Notes: generated by a model not told the origin, from the letters alone. Counted from the stretch's first letter, positions 45,651-56,187 are shown. The stretch is DNA of 64,000 nt from Cenarchaeum sp. (GCA_965242695.1 CBDESU010000002.1:480001-544000); one strand, 5' to 3'. Numbers and translations are program-made.

Positions 45651-48600
45651 GTGATGGCGGTGGAAGCGACAGGCGGCCAAGGCACCGAACGGGGCGGCGG
45701 GGCGCCGCACCCCCTAATCGATACGCTGGACAAGGACAGGTCGCGCGCGGCATTCGAGGGCGTGTACGGGCTAAAGCTGGACCGAATGAGGGCGGAGAAG
45801 GGCCGGAGGGGCGCATCAGGGGCCGATGCGAAGAGGACAGGGGCGGCTGCCACAAGCGGCCTAGACGACATCGAGTACGTGGCCGAGACGTACGAGATGG
45901 CCACCATCAGCATGTGGCGGTACGCGGGGCGGGGCGGGCGCGGGGCGGCAGCAGATGCCGAGGGGGCAAGCGCGGCGCGGCGCGCCGGCGACCTGGAGCG
46001 CCTGTGCCGGACGAGCTTCACCATGATGGAGGCGTGCGCCGTGCCGGACGAGCCGATCGAAAAGATCTGCCACGTCCTGCTCATGTTCTCGTACGCGTAC
46101 GTGGGCGAGAGATGGGAGGCGATGAGGCGCTACCTCGACGAGCGCGGCGAGGAGGTGTCCCTGCCCGAGGTCAAAGTGGAGGGATCCGGCAAGGGCTGGG
46201 AGCACGACATGCTGGCCGGAATATACGCGGCCCTGCTGTGCGTCATCAGAAAGCGCGACGCGGCCGAGCTTCAGAGGGCGCGCGGCACGATAGCGCGCCT
46301 GCGCGAGATGCAGGGGCTGCACGAGCGGGGCCACCTCGAGTCGTTCGAGCCCGATCACAGGCTGAACCCAGCGCGCCGCCTCGCCGCGCTGTACCATTTG
46401 GCAAAGGGGGTCGAGCTGCTCGCCGAGTTCATGGAGACGGGCAGGCCCGACGACATCGAGCAGATGCTCGACTTCCACTTTGACGAGGCGATCGGCCACG
46501 GCGGCGACGCGGGATCGGCCGAGCTCGACGTGCTGCTCCGGGCCATCCGCCCCGCGTTCAAGAGGATGGTTAGAAACTCGGTCTGGATCCTCGCAAGGCG
46601 GGCGGGCGACGATGACGGCGGCGTGGCCGGCTTTGTCGGCGAGCTGACCGCGTCGGACCGCCCCGTCTTCGAGTTCCTCTACCCGCAGAGGAAGGTGGCG
46701 CTGGAGGAGGGCCTGCTCGACCCGTACAGCAAGTCCATGCTGATCAACCTGCCCACGTCGGGCGGAAAGACGCTGCTCGCCGAGCTCAGGATAGTGCAGG
46801 CCGTGCTGCGCGGCCGCAACGGCAGCCGCGGCGCCGCCGTGGCCTACGTCGTGCCGACGCGCACGCTGGCCAACCAGATCACGGCAAAGCTTCGCAGGGA
46901 CCTCGGCCCGGCCGGGATCAGGGTCGAAAGGATGAGCGGCGCGGTCGAGATCGACGGGTTCGAGGACGGCATGCTGGGGCGCGGCGGCTCGTTTGACGTG
47001 CTAGTCACCACGCCCGAAAAGCTGATGCTGCTAATCAGGAACCCCAAGTACGGCCTGGCCGACTCGATCACGCTGTGCATCATCGACGAGGCCCACAACC
47101 TGGGCGACACAGAGAGGGGGCTGAACCTAGAGCTGCTCATATCCACCGTGAAGCGAGACTGCCGCCGTGCCGGCCTGCTCCTGCTAACCCCCTTCATAAC
47201 AAACAGCGACGAGGTGGCCGAGTGGCTCGACCCGGACAACCCAAAGTCGGTGACGGTAGGCATCAACTGGAAGCCGAACGAGCGCATCGTCGGGGCGTAC
47301 TATGCGAGCGGCAAGGGGCGCACAATCGACACGTACTTCCGACCCCTGGCCACGAGCGCCGACACCGTCAGGGTCGAAAAAACCTTCAAGATCGGGACGG
47401 CAAGGGGCTTTAGCAGGCCGGCGAGCGGCGTGGTCGGAAAGAACCTGGCCCTCACGTCGCTGCTTGCCACGCAGCTAGACGCGTCGCACGGCGTGCTCGT
47501 CCTGGCCCGCACGATCAAGGACGCGTGGAGTACGGCCGGCCTCATATGCGAGAACATGGACGGGGCGCCGGGCCGCGGCGACGAAGAGGTGGAGCTCGCC
47601 AAGAGGTTTGTAGCGAGCGAGCTTGGAGAGCGGTTCCCCCTCGTCGGGTACCTGGACAAGGGGGTGGGCGTCCACCACTCCGGCCTGCCCGACGAGGTGC
47701 GGTACCTTGTGGAGCGCCTCATGGAGACGGGCAAGCTGCGGGCGCTGGTCGGGACCACGACCATAGCCCAGGGAGTCAACTTTCCGGTCTCGGCGGTGCT
47801 CATTTCGTCGTACTCGCATTCGTACCGCGACATGGATCCCAGGGACTTTTGGAACCTGGTCGGCAGGGCGGGCCGCATAGACCAGCCGTCGTTTGGGCTC
47901 GTCGGGATCGCGACGGATCGGCCCGGCGGCCCCCGGATGATGAAGGCCGAGGCGTACGTCAAGAGGACGACCGAGCGCCTCGCCTCGTCGCTGGCCGGGA
48001 TGGTGTCCGAGGTGCTCGCAAACCACTCGCAGCTGGACCTGTCGCAGCTCGCCGCCGAGCCGCGGTGGTCGAGCTTTGTGCAGTACATAGCGCACATGAG
48101 GAACCAGGCGGCCAGCCTCGGCGAGTTTACGGGCCAGTCCGAGGTCGTCCTGCGCCAGACGCTCGGGTACAGCCAGCTCGACGAGGCCGGCAGGGAGGCC
48201 CTGCGCGACGCGGTCCGCAGGTACGCAGGCGCGCTGGACTCTAGCCCCAATGCGTCGATCATATCGGACCTGACGGGGTTTTCGCCCCAGGCGGTCAGGA
48301 ACGCGGATTCTGCCGTCAGGTCGATGGGGATAAGGCCGGACGAGTGGAGCCCGCGGGACCTGTTCTCGCCCGCCTCGAAGAAGCTGTCGGGGCTGATCAA
48401 GGTCATGGCGGCCAGCATACCAGAGGTCGGCGACATCCAGGCGGACATGCCGGGCAGGCGGAGGGGCGGCGACGACGTGGCGGGGATCATATCGGACTGG
48501 GTCACGGGGAAGGACATACCGCACATCGCACAGAGGCACTTTGGCGGCGGCGGCAGGGACGGCGTGACAGAGTGCGTGCGGGCCATATACGGGAAGATAA

Positions 48601-48998
48601 TCCAGCGCGCAACGTGGGGCCTGGCGGGGATACAGAGGATATACGGCGGCGCGGAGCAGGGGGCCGGGGCGGCGGAGCCCGAGGGCGATGCGCGCAACAT
48701 TCCGGCGATGGTGTACTATGGGGTCGACACGGACGCCGCGGTGCTCATGCGGATGAACTCTGTGCCGCGGAGCGCGGCGGGGAGGATCGGGGCGGCGTAC
48801 GCCGAGGGATTGGAGGGCGGGCGGGACCTGCACTCGGCCGGCGGGCCCGAGGTCAGGGACTGGCTGTCGGGGCTGGGCGAGGACGAGTGGGGCCGGGCGG
48901 GAGCCGGCGGGATGACAGGGAGGGATCTTCGAGCGGTCTGGGCGCGGCTGTCGGGGCACGTTGCGGCGCCCGCGGGAGAGGGGCGCGCGCCCGGCTAG
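45651..48998 (+). CDS. hamB: Hachiman HamB-like SF2 (Ski2-like DEAH) helicase
   Basis: LPTSGGKT, YVVPTRTLANQ, VTTPEK, IIDEAH, GVGVHHSGLP, TTTIAQGVNFP, NLVGRAGR; C-term VYYGVDT. Confidence 0.85.
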   Translation: MMAVEATGGQGTERGGGAPHPLIDTLDKDRSRAAFEGVYGLKLDRMRAEKGRRGASGADAKRTGAAATSGLDDIEYVAETYEMATISMWRYAGRGGRGAAADAEGASAARRAGDLERLCRTSFTMMEACAVPDEPIEKICHVLLMFSYAYVGERWEAMRRYLDERGEEVSLPEVKVEGSGKGWEHDMLAGIYAALLCVIRKRDAAELQRARGTIARLREMQGLHERGHLESFEPDHRLNPARRLAALYHLAKGVELLAEFMETGRPDDIEQMLDFHFDEAIGHGGDAGSAELDVLLRAIRPAFKRMVRNSVWILARRAGDDDGGVAGFVGELTASDRPVFEFLYPQRKVALEEGLLDPYSKSMLINLPTSGGKTLLAELRIVQAVLRGRNGSRGAAVAYVVPTRTLANQITAKLRRDLGPAGIRVERMSGAVEIDGFEDGMLGRGGSFDVLVTTPEKLMLLIRNPKYGLADSITLCIIDEAHNLGDTERGLNLELLISTVKRDCRRAGLLLLTPFITNSDEVAEWLDPDNPKSVTVGINWKPNERIVGAYYASGKGRTIDTYFRPLATSADTVRVEKTFKIGTARGFSRPASGVVGKNLALTSLLATQLDASHGVLVLARTIKDAWSTAGLICENMDGAPGRGDEEVELAKRFVASELGERFPLVGYLDKGVGVHHSGLPDEVRYLVERLMETGKLRALVGTTTIAQGVNFPVSAVLISSYSHSYRDMDPRDFWNLVGRAGRIDQPSFGLVGIATDRPGGPRMMKAEAYVKRTTERLASSLAGMVSEVLANHSQLDLSQLAAEPRWSSFVQYIAHMRNQAASLGEFTGQSEVVLRQTLGYSQLDEAGREALRDAVRRYAGALDSSPNASIISDLTGFSPQAVRNADSAVRSMGIRPDEWSPRDLFSPASKKLSGLIKVMAASIPEVGDIQADMPGRRRGGDDVAGIISDWVTGKDIPHIAQRHFGGGGRDGVTECVRAIYGKIIQRATWGLAGIQRIYGGAEQGAGAAEPEGDARNIPAMVYYGVDTDAAVLMRMNSVPRSAAGRIGAAYAEGLEGGRDLHSAGGPEVRDWLSGLGEDEWGRAGAGGMTGRDLRAVWARLSGHVAAPAGEGRAPG

Positions 48999-49209
48999 GC
49001 GTAGGCGCCCGCCTGCCCCCGTGTGCTGCCAAAAGGCCGTTTTGCGCCGTGCGCGGCAGCGGCTGGCATGCGGCGCGAACTGCCGCCGACGGCGCGCAGG
49101 CAGGCAAGTCGGCCCGGAAGTCAGCAGAGGTCAAGGGCGGCGGCGCATCTATTCATTTTTCGAGCTCGCTCACCATGGCGCGGAGCTGGCCCCGATTGAC
49201 CATGCCGCG

Positions 49210-52200
49210 CTACTGGCTCAGCAAGTCTGCGAAATCGTTGCAGCCCAGACCAACAAGGTGCTCGATGGTTTTTACGGACGCCGCCTTCGCCTCAGCGGAG
49301 CCAGTCTGCAACAAGACTTTTAGCGTCTTGTGCAGTTCGTCCGGCATGAGCCCGCCTTTGGGATCGATCTTTTTTGCCAGGCCCAGCACGCAGCAGGCCA
49401 CCTCGGCGGGGTGCTCGTCCGCTTGATCACGGAGCTTGCCTAGGGGAAATTCTATGGGATCTAAGTAGCCGCTGTGCAGCTCCAAACATGTCTGGAACGT
49501 CCGCAGGGAGCCGTGCCTGGCGGCGGCATCTCCGCACCCGCCGCACATGAAAAACCAGGCGCAAAAGTTGGCGCTGTCGATGAACTCTTGGCGGCCCCAG
49601 GCGGCGAGGACCCGGGACACGATTTCGGGACGGTCGAGGTTGTCCTTCATGGCCTCGGTCAGGTCGTATCCGCACTGCCGTATGGACCCGGCCGAGCCCC
49701 GCTCCACGAACTTCCAGAACAGTTTTTCGTATCCATCCACCCCATAGAGGTAGCCGAGGGCAACATGTGCAACAGTCCTAGCGTGCACGATCGTGTTTTC
49801 GATGTACTTGGACATTCCGCCGACAAGGAATTCCCTGTAGTGGGGCAGCAGGGCGCCCATTACGCCCTCGTGGGCAATGTTGGCCGCGTACCCCTGCCAG
49901 AATGCCTTCTTGGCGCCCTTGCCGGAGAGCAGCCTGTGGACCATGGACGCGGCCCACTTCCCGTCAAGGGCGAACAGCATCGGAGCGAACAGCCCCAGCA
50001 CGGCGTGCCGGGTGGCCGTGTGCGCGCTCCGGTCGCCGGCGTATGCATCTATGGTTTTAACCGCACCCCTCAGTGCTGGCTCCCCGGAAGGCGCGCCGTG
50101 CCGCAGCATCCACTTGATGTAGGAGCAGAGTACGTGGAACGACACGCCCTCTATTGTGCCGAGCGAGTCCGAAAGGGAGTCCTCATTCGCCTCGCAGTCC
50201 GCAAATCTAGGCGTCAGGTTCCCTGCCTTGACGATCTTCTCGACAACCCCCCATGCAGAGTCCTTTGCCTCGCACCCTATTCTGTAGTGCTCTAGTCCCG
50301 CCTTTACAACTCGGGCCGCCTCAAGCCCAGGATCAATCGAGGCCGGTGCCCGCGTGCCGGACGACTCTTGGGCCAGCACGGCCGAGACCAGCCTCAAGAG
50401 TGTGCCCCATTCGACCGCCTCTCCCTTGTCCGCCGCCGTCACCATGCCCGACAGGAACGAGTACTGCGCCGCGGCATGCATTCCCTCCACTCTCAGGGCC
50501 ATTCTAGAGCATTCCATGGGGCGGGTGCGGACGAACTCGTAGAACGGCCGCAGGATCGGGTCAAGGTCAGGATCCGCGCCGCTACAGGGGTGATGGTCGC
50601 CCACGAACGCGAACACATCGGCGGCATTGCCGTTCTCAAACATGTCGTACGTCACGGGCCCCGTCGACAGGCCGGGAAGCCGGTACGGGAAGTAGGGGTG
50701 CTCGGGAGGGCCAACCATCCTCACGGCATCCTCGTATCGGTCCCTGCGCTCCCCTTCGAGGTGGTCGCGTATAGGGTGCATTCTCAAGGCCAGCCAGCGC
50801 GCCATGGCCTGCTCGTCGGCGTCCTGCGGGTAGGAGGCAAGGTCCGAGCGCTTTTGGCGCTCCCTGTCGTCGACCTTCGCGAAAAACTTGCTTCTCCATG
50901 CGCTGTCCGTGTTGGCGAACGCCTTGCCGAGCAGCAGGCAGTACTCGTGGTGTGTGCCGCTGTCGGCAAAGCCGTCGACGAGCGCTTCAAGGGCGCGATC
51001 ATGGAGGTGGTCCGGGAACTCGCCGTACAGGAAGAGCGCCAGCCTTGCAAATATTGCAGGGGGAGGGCGCAGCGCCCCGTCTAGGCATCTTGCCAGCTCT
51101 TCGGGATCGTCCCTGCCGATCGCCACTAGGCAATCTCGGAGCGCCATGACGCACAGCGGCAGCGGGAAGTGCCTGGAGCGGGGGCCTGCCGAGTCCTCGA
51201 TCGCGTCGACGGCGGCGTGCGGGACAGGGTAGGAGGCGGCGCCCAGGTCCTCCACGGCCCCATACGCGCGCCTTACGGCGTCGGCAAGCGGGCGCCACAG
51301 GTGGCGGGGGTGCCGGGCGGCAATATGGGGCAGGCGATCCCTCATTATCCGGGCCAGCGCCTCGTCCTCCCTGCCGAGGCGCTTCGCACTGGACTCCAGG
51401 AACCCAGACATCAGCTTGGTCGCCTCCGTGCCGAGACCCTCGTCGCAAAGGCGCCCGATCAACTCGACAAAGTCTCTCGATACCGCAGTGTGCGAGGACA
51501 GGATGTGCCACTTGCAGCTTGTGGCCTTGCTGGCCAGCTCCCTTAGGCTCTCGCCGGATGTCTCTAGGGCGCACCTGATGTAGTCCCTGCACACCACCGG
51601 GTCCGTGTCGCCGCACACCCTCCCGCACCGGAGTATGATCTCGGCGACCTTGTCCGGCGCGGCAGAAGAGCACCTTGACAAGTAACCGGCCAGCGACCAG
51701 TGCAGCCAAGAGTCCGCCGCATTGTCCGTGGCGGCCCCCGCCGACAGGGGCTCGAACAGGCGCGCCGCATCGAGGCACTCTAGCCATTCGCACGGCATGT
51801 TCTCCAGCAGGTACTGCCCAGACGCGCGCCTGAACATCAGGCCCTTGATTTTTGCCGCACCTTCTTCTGACGGCCCGGCGCCCACTATGGCTCCCATATC
51901 CCTTATTATGTCCGTCTGCGGCCGGGTGACGGACAACAGCGTCTCTTCTATTGTTTTTGTGATTTCTTCTGCCCTGTCTTGCGTGGGGGCGCATTTGTGG
52001 TGCGCGTAGCCGCTCAGCTCGCTGTAGATTTTAGTGGCTTCTTTGAGGCCAGCATACGCCATGGAGGTGCGGGCGATCCGATCACCGGGATCTATGGCCA
52101 TGCACAGCCCCTTTAGTCTGTCGTCTTCTCCCTGGATGACCCTCGCCATGTCGCCATATCCTGCCCGCGCAAGCAGATCGATGACCTCCCGCATGGAATG

Positions 52201-52356
52201 GGAAAAGTGGACTAGCCTGTCGGGGTGGTCCTTTGCACGGAGGGCGTACAGGGCGCCCTCGTACGACGCCCAGATCTCCGGCGCGCACCCCTCAAGCCTT
52301 GTACGCAGAAGAGATCGGGCGGCATCGGGTTCGGGGACCGCGGCGGCCTTCTCCAT
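49210..52356 (-). CDS. large protein: HEPN-related N-terminal helical domain plus long alpha-solenoid
   Basis: ATG 52356 after a TATTTTAA box; YEGALYAL...PDRLVHFSHSMREV...LSGYAHH, then about 850 aa of HEAT-like helices; no P-loop seen. Confidence 0.7.
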   Translation of the reverse strand: MEKAAAVPEPDAARSLLRTRLEGCAPEIWASYEGALYALRAKDHPDRLVHFSHSMREVIDLLARAGYGDMARVIQGEDDRLKGLCMAIDPGDRIARTSMAYAGLKEATKIYSELSGYAHHKCAPTQDRAEEITKTIEETLLSVTRPQTDIIRDMGAIVGAGPSEEGAAKIKGLMFRRASGQYLLENMPCEWLECLDAARLFEPLSAGAATDNAADSWLHWSLAGYLSRCSSAAPDKVAEIILRCGRVCGDTDPVVCRDYIRCALETSGESLRELASKATSCKWHILSSHTAVSRDFVELIGRLCDEGLGTEATKLMSGFLESSAKRLGREDEALARIMRDRLPHIAARHPRHLWRPLADAVRRAYGAVEDLGAASYPVPHAAVDAIEDSAGPRSRHFPLPLCVMALRDCLVAIGRDDPEELARCLDGALRPPPAIFARLALFLYGEFPDHLHDRALEALVDGFADSGTHHEYCLLLGKAFANTDSAWRSKFFAKVDDRERQKRSDLASYPQDADEQAMARWLALRMHPIRDHLEGERRDRYEDAVRMVGPPEHPYFPYRLPGLSTGPVTYDMFENGNAADVFAFVGDHHPCSGADPDLDPILRPFYEFVRTRPMECSRMALRVEGMHAAAQYSFLSGMVTAADKGEAVEWGTLLRLVSAVLAQESSGTRAPASIDPGLEAARVVKAGLEHYRIGCEAKDSAWGVVEKIVKAGNLTPRFADCEANEDSLSDSLGTIEGVSFHVLCSYIKWMLRHGAPSGEPALRGAVKTIDAYAGDRSAHTATRHAVLGLFAPMLFALDGKWAASMVHRLLSGKGAKKAFWQGYAANIAHEGVMGALLPHYREFLVGGMSKYIENTIVHARTVAHVALGYLYGVDGYEKLFWKFVERGSAGSIRQCGYDLTEAMKDNLDRPEIVSRVLAAWGRQEFIDSANFCAWFFMCGGCGDAAARHGSLRTFQTCLELHSGYLDPIEFPLGKLRDQADEHPAEVACCVLGLAKKIDPKGGLMPDELHKTLKVLLQTGSAEAKAASVKTIEHLVGLGCNDFADLLSQ

Positions 52357-52714
52357 CGGCACGCACCTGCGGCCCCTGTTAAAATACCTTGTCCACAACC
52401 GCTCATGCAATTCGCCGCCGATGCGCGCCCGCGCCCTAGCTGCATCCAATTGCTTACAACGGCTGTGGCGAGCCGCCCTTGCCGTGCAGGTACCACGCTG
52501 CCAATGCTGTCGTACGTACAGGCTCCCACTGCAGGATGGCGGCTAAAAAGGACGCCGAGCCGCGGAATGTGCGCGCCAAGGTTCCGAGGGCATGCGCGTG
52601 TTGGACACTGCACCAAGGAAACGATGTGTCGCCACGAGGGCAGCGACAGGTGCGCCGCCTAGGCTGCTGGTGCCTTTCGTTAGGTATAAGAATCCCGAGG
52701 AGTACCTCGGCGGC

Positions 52715-53620
52715 ATGGCATCCAAGGCGAGCCGGCGGGCAGGTGCGCGGGGTCAGCACGCGGCGCAGGCTCCGAGCGCCCGCGAGTGGCTTGAAATCGC
52801 GCGGCAGGATATCAAAGGAATGGAGGTGTGCTGCAGAAACAGGCTTTATGGGGCGTCGGCCTACCACTGCCAGCAGGCGCTGGAAAAGATCGTAAAGTTC
52901 GCAGTCGTCAAATACGACCTCTCGGACAAGCCCGTCGACCTGCTGAACCACGATGTCATAAAGGGGCTACTTAAACAGTGGAAAGAATCTCTTCCGGTGG
53001 AGGAGGCATGGGCAAAAGGTGCGTTGGAGCTTGCTCTCAAATTGTTAGTGGCACTAGGCAAGAGCCCGAGGTGGACCGGGAGGCGAAGCGTGACGGACAA
53101 GGGCGGTGATATTCCTTCACCCAAAGATGCACTCTGGGCAGAGTCGCTCGGCGTGCCTCTAGACAGCCCGAAATTGACCGAGATGTCGGGCGAAACCAGT
53201 ATGCCTCCTATGTCTCTCTTGGAAAAGTTTTATGCACGGCATTTACCAAAAGAAGCCAAAGACATTGTAGCGGATGTGGTGGGAGCCGAGAAAAAGGGTG
53301 GCAGGGAATCAGCAATTCTGACGGCGTACCTAAAGCCTAGCAAGCTTCTCTGGGCAAAATTTAAAAAAACAAACAAGCCACATGCAGGACACAAGAGGCT
53401 TGACAAAAAGACGGCCGAAGAATGCCTGTTCCTCTGGATACTGGCAAACCTTGATACCCTCCTCAAGGTCACTCCCCACGAAGAATACGGTCGCTATCCC
53501 GGAGTCCTGTGCAAAAAATCACGCACCCAGTGGTACAGCGAACACAAGGATGCCTTCATAACTCTAAAAGGATCAGCCCGCAGAGCCTTTGACGAGTTGT
53601 CCAAGATGATCAAGTACTAG
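52715..53620 (+). CDS. HEPN domain protein with large insertion
   Basis: AREWLEIARQDI...YGASAYHCQQALEKIVK...NHD...GRYP; GTATAAG box at ~52685; lower GC. Confidence 0.85.
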   Translation: MASKASRRAGARGQHAAQAPSAREWLEIARQDIKGMEVCCRNRLYGASAYHCQQALEKIVKFAVVKYDLSDKPVDLLNHDVIKGLLKQWKESLPVEEAWAKGALELALKLLVALGKSPRWTGRRSVTDKGGDIPSPKDALWAESLGVPLDSPKLTEMSGETSMPPMSLLEKFYARHLPKEAKDIVADVVGAEKKGGRESAILTAYLKPSKLLWAKFKKTNKPHAGHKRLDKKTAEECLFLWILANLDTLLKVTPHEEYGRYPGVLCKKSRTQWYSEHKDAFITLKGSARRAFDELSKMIKY

Positions 53621-53956
53621 CGGCACAACTGGGCTGCGCAATGCAGGTGTTGGAGCGGTCCGCAAAACCGCCCGAATGCGCAGCTCTGCCGACCAAGATC
53701 GGGAGAGAGGCCGCGCCCGCCGAGAGAGGCCGCGCCACGGTAGCTACAAGAGAGCAGCATATTCGCCACCAGTATTGTAATGCCGGTCAAGGCTATCGAC
53801 ACCCTGTTCGCCGTTATTTTCGCGGCGCTACGCCCCGCACTAACCGTAGCCACTCAACATGCGCGTCCAGACGTATTCCAGAGCGGCGGCAATGCCGCAC
53901 TGCTTGTCACGTGCCGCGCATGCCGCACTTCGGGGGCAGTGGAGCAACGCCTTCCG

Positions 53957-55174
53957 CTAGGCGTAGCCGGCGCCGCCAAGCAAGACACCGCGCACCAAGC
54001 CGGCGATTTCTGATATCGAGTCCGTGTCTACCGGGCGCTGCACGACGTAGATTGTGTTATTGGCACGGCCGTACCGCGCGCCGAGAATAAGGTCGGGCGA
54101 AAGGATGCCGTCTGACCGGGACATGCCGCCGTCCCGTGCGTAGGCGTACGGCCCCTGTCCCAGCAGGCCCTCGGCGGGCGATCCGCCCTGCCCTGCCCCG
54201 GCAGGTGGAGGGGCCCTGACGGTCCTCACGTGCGGCGCTGTCCCCAGCCTCGAGTGCGGATCCTGGTATGGCTCGCTACCCGGCATGTGCCTGACCACGT
54301 CTTCCTCGCCCGTTGGGCTGACCACGACCAGCCTCTTTCCCTGCCCTACAAACTGTACAAACTCGTCGCGTATCCGCTCGTCCCGGAACGAAAAGCCCAC
54401 CACGATGCACGCATCCGACGACATTAGCTGCTTGCGGAAGTGCTTGAATATCGTGGCGTACGGCTCGTCCTCCTCCTCGTCCTTCGGGGACAGCGACGGG
54501 TAGATCAAGAGGTCCTGCTGGTTCGGATCGGACGACTTTTTCTCATAGTTGACGCGCACGGGGCCGTGCGTTGCGTGGCGCTTCCAACCGAGCGAGCCGT
54601 GGAGCTTGAGGAGGTGAAGCCGGTGCAGGGGCATCCCCGCGCCGGACATGCTCCATGCGTTGTTCCCGCGCATTCCCGCCCATCGCATGTAGTCTCCCGT
54701 GCTGTCCGGCTCGAACCCGTCCGTGTACCCGAGCTGGCTCCCGGGAAGCGAGCAGTACTCTTCGACGCTCCGGTCGTAGTTGGTGGTGAACACGACGATG
54801 TCGTGCCCGCACTCCCTGATCAGTCCCAGCCACGCGCCTAAGACGGAGCCGAGCGCTTCGTTGTGCAGCGGGTTCCATGTGTACGCCTCGTGGATCTCGT
54901 GCTTTATGAGGTCCTCAAGGCGCCCCATCGACTCGGCGCTTTTCCTGATCTGGGGGTGGCGCCTCTCAAGATATATCCCCCCGCGCGTGCCTGGAAGCCT
55001 TGCAACCTCCTTGACCGTCGTCAGGACCTCCTCAATGTCCTCGCCCCCTGCCAGAGCACCGGCCCACTCGGGGTCGGCGCCGCACTTTGCAGCCATGCGA
55101 TCCTTGAAGTCCCGCGTGGTCGGCATGCCGTACGCCACCGACGCACCGGCGCCCAGGAACAGCGACACCTTCAC
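53957..55174 (-). CDS. SIR2-like (SIR2_2) protein
   Basis: FLGAGAS..YGMPT, FTTNYDRSVE, LLKLHGSLGW, LIYP, VVGFSFRDERI; GTG 55174 after an ATTAATAA box. Confidence 0.9.
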   Translation of the reverse strand: MKVSLFLGAGASVAYGMPTTRDFKDRMAAKCGADPEWAGALAGGEDIEEVLTTVKEVARLPGTRGGIYLERRHPQIRKSAESMGRLEDLIKHEIHEAYTWNPLHNEALGSVLGAWLGLIRECGHDIVVFTTNYDRSVEEYCSLPGSQLGYTDGFEPDSTGDYMRWAGMRGNNAWSMSGAGMPLHRLHLLKLHGSLGWKRHATHGPVRVNYEKKSSDPNQQDLLIYPSLSPKDEEEDEPYATIFKHFRKQLMSSDACIVVGFSFRDERIRDEFVQFVGQGKRLVVVSPTGEEDVVRHMPGSEPYQDPHSRLGTAPHVRTVRAPPPAGAGQGGSPAEGLLGQGPYAYARDGGMSRSDGILSPDLILGARYGRANNTIYVVQRPVDTDSISEIAGLVRGVLLGGAGYA

Positions 55175-55453
55175 GCACGGCGCGCCGTGGCGGCCGTTAT
55201 TAATGGCTGTCGCAGGCGCCGGTCTAGCGAGTACCGCCCGCAACGTACGAGCCTTGGTCGGAAGGAACGGGCAGGTGCCTGCACGCGGCGGCAGTCAAGC
55301 ACGATTTAGCGGCCCGCCCTCTCGCAAGTCACAACGCGGCGCGTGCACCCTGTTACCATGGGGGTAGGAGATCGCCGAGGGGGCACGTACACGAAGAGGT
55401 GGCCGGCAGGGGCAGAAGCGTGCCACAGGGGGCTGAGGGGGGCCCGGCCTAGT

Positions 55454-55556
55454 GGGTACGCGGGTTTGCTGCAGCCTTGGCAGGTGCACGGAGGACTCGC
55501 TCGCGGCGGCAGAGGCGCAGCCGGGGGGTACGCGGATTTGCTGCAGCCTTGGCAGG
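55454..55556. repeat. 31-bp direct repeat pair (1 mismatch), 72-bp period
   Basis: GGGTACGCGG(G/A)TTTGCTGCAGCCTTGGCAGG at 55454-55484 and 55526-55556. Confidence 0.85.
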
Positions 55557-55890
55557 AGTGGTGCACGCCGCGGCTCCAGCGCGCAGGACGACGGGGCAGT
55601 CATGGCTTCGGAACGCGGGGTCTGGTGCTACTACCCCTGTCCGGGGCGGCGCTATTCCACGTCGCCCTTGACGAGGCGGCTACTAGAGCCGGCCATCTCT
55701 CCTCCTCCCGCACAGGGGCGCGCCGCGTCCGATGACAATCGGATAGCGGCTCCTGCGGCGGGCCCGCGGCTGGCGCCATGCGCATTGCCTGCGGCCTTTC
55801 CATTGCAATGACGGTGCCGCGCATCATGCGGCCGTCAACAGGTCGCAACAGGCCCGCCATGTGGTGGATCGCGGCGCCTGCGGCCGCGTG

Positions 55891-56187
55891 CTAGCCCCGG
55901 GCAAGCAGCGGAAGCTCGATCTCGGGCGCCGCGGCCTCCGCCTCCGTCGCCTCCGGCTCGCGCCCCAGGATCGCCGCCCGCATGCGGGCAAACTCGGCCG
56001 AGCTGCTGATCGCCTCGTGCACGCGCGCAAGCTGCGAGAACAGCCTGCGCTCGGCCGGATAGCCTTCAGCGCCGTAGGCGCAGGCTCCGCGCGGCTCGCC
56101 CCGGACGGGGACTGCAAGGAGATCGGCGAGGAAGGCTCCCCACCAGGGAGGCCGGCAGGGCCAGCGGCGCGCCGTCGGGCTGCACAT
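55891..56187 (-). CDS. small hypothetical protein
   Basis: ATG 56187 downstream of a TTTTATC box (56207-13); helical ERRLFSQLARVHEAI segment. Confidence 0.4.
   Translation of the reverse strand: MCSPTARRWPCRPPWWGAFLADLLAVPVRGEPRGACAYGAEGYPAERRLFSQLARVHEAISSSAEFARMRAAILGREPEATEAEAAAPEIELPLLARG

Noticed and set aside
53703-53736. GAGAGAGGCCGCGCC short tandem duplication
   Set aside because: Two 15-bp copies in GC-rich intergenic DNA; too short to support a function.
1-55174. Thoeris (TIR + SIR2)
   Set aside because: The TIR is fused to a STAND NTPase and lies over 50 kb from the SIR2 gene, which shows no SLOG domain that I can recognise.
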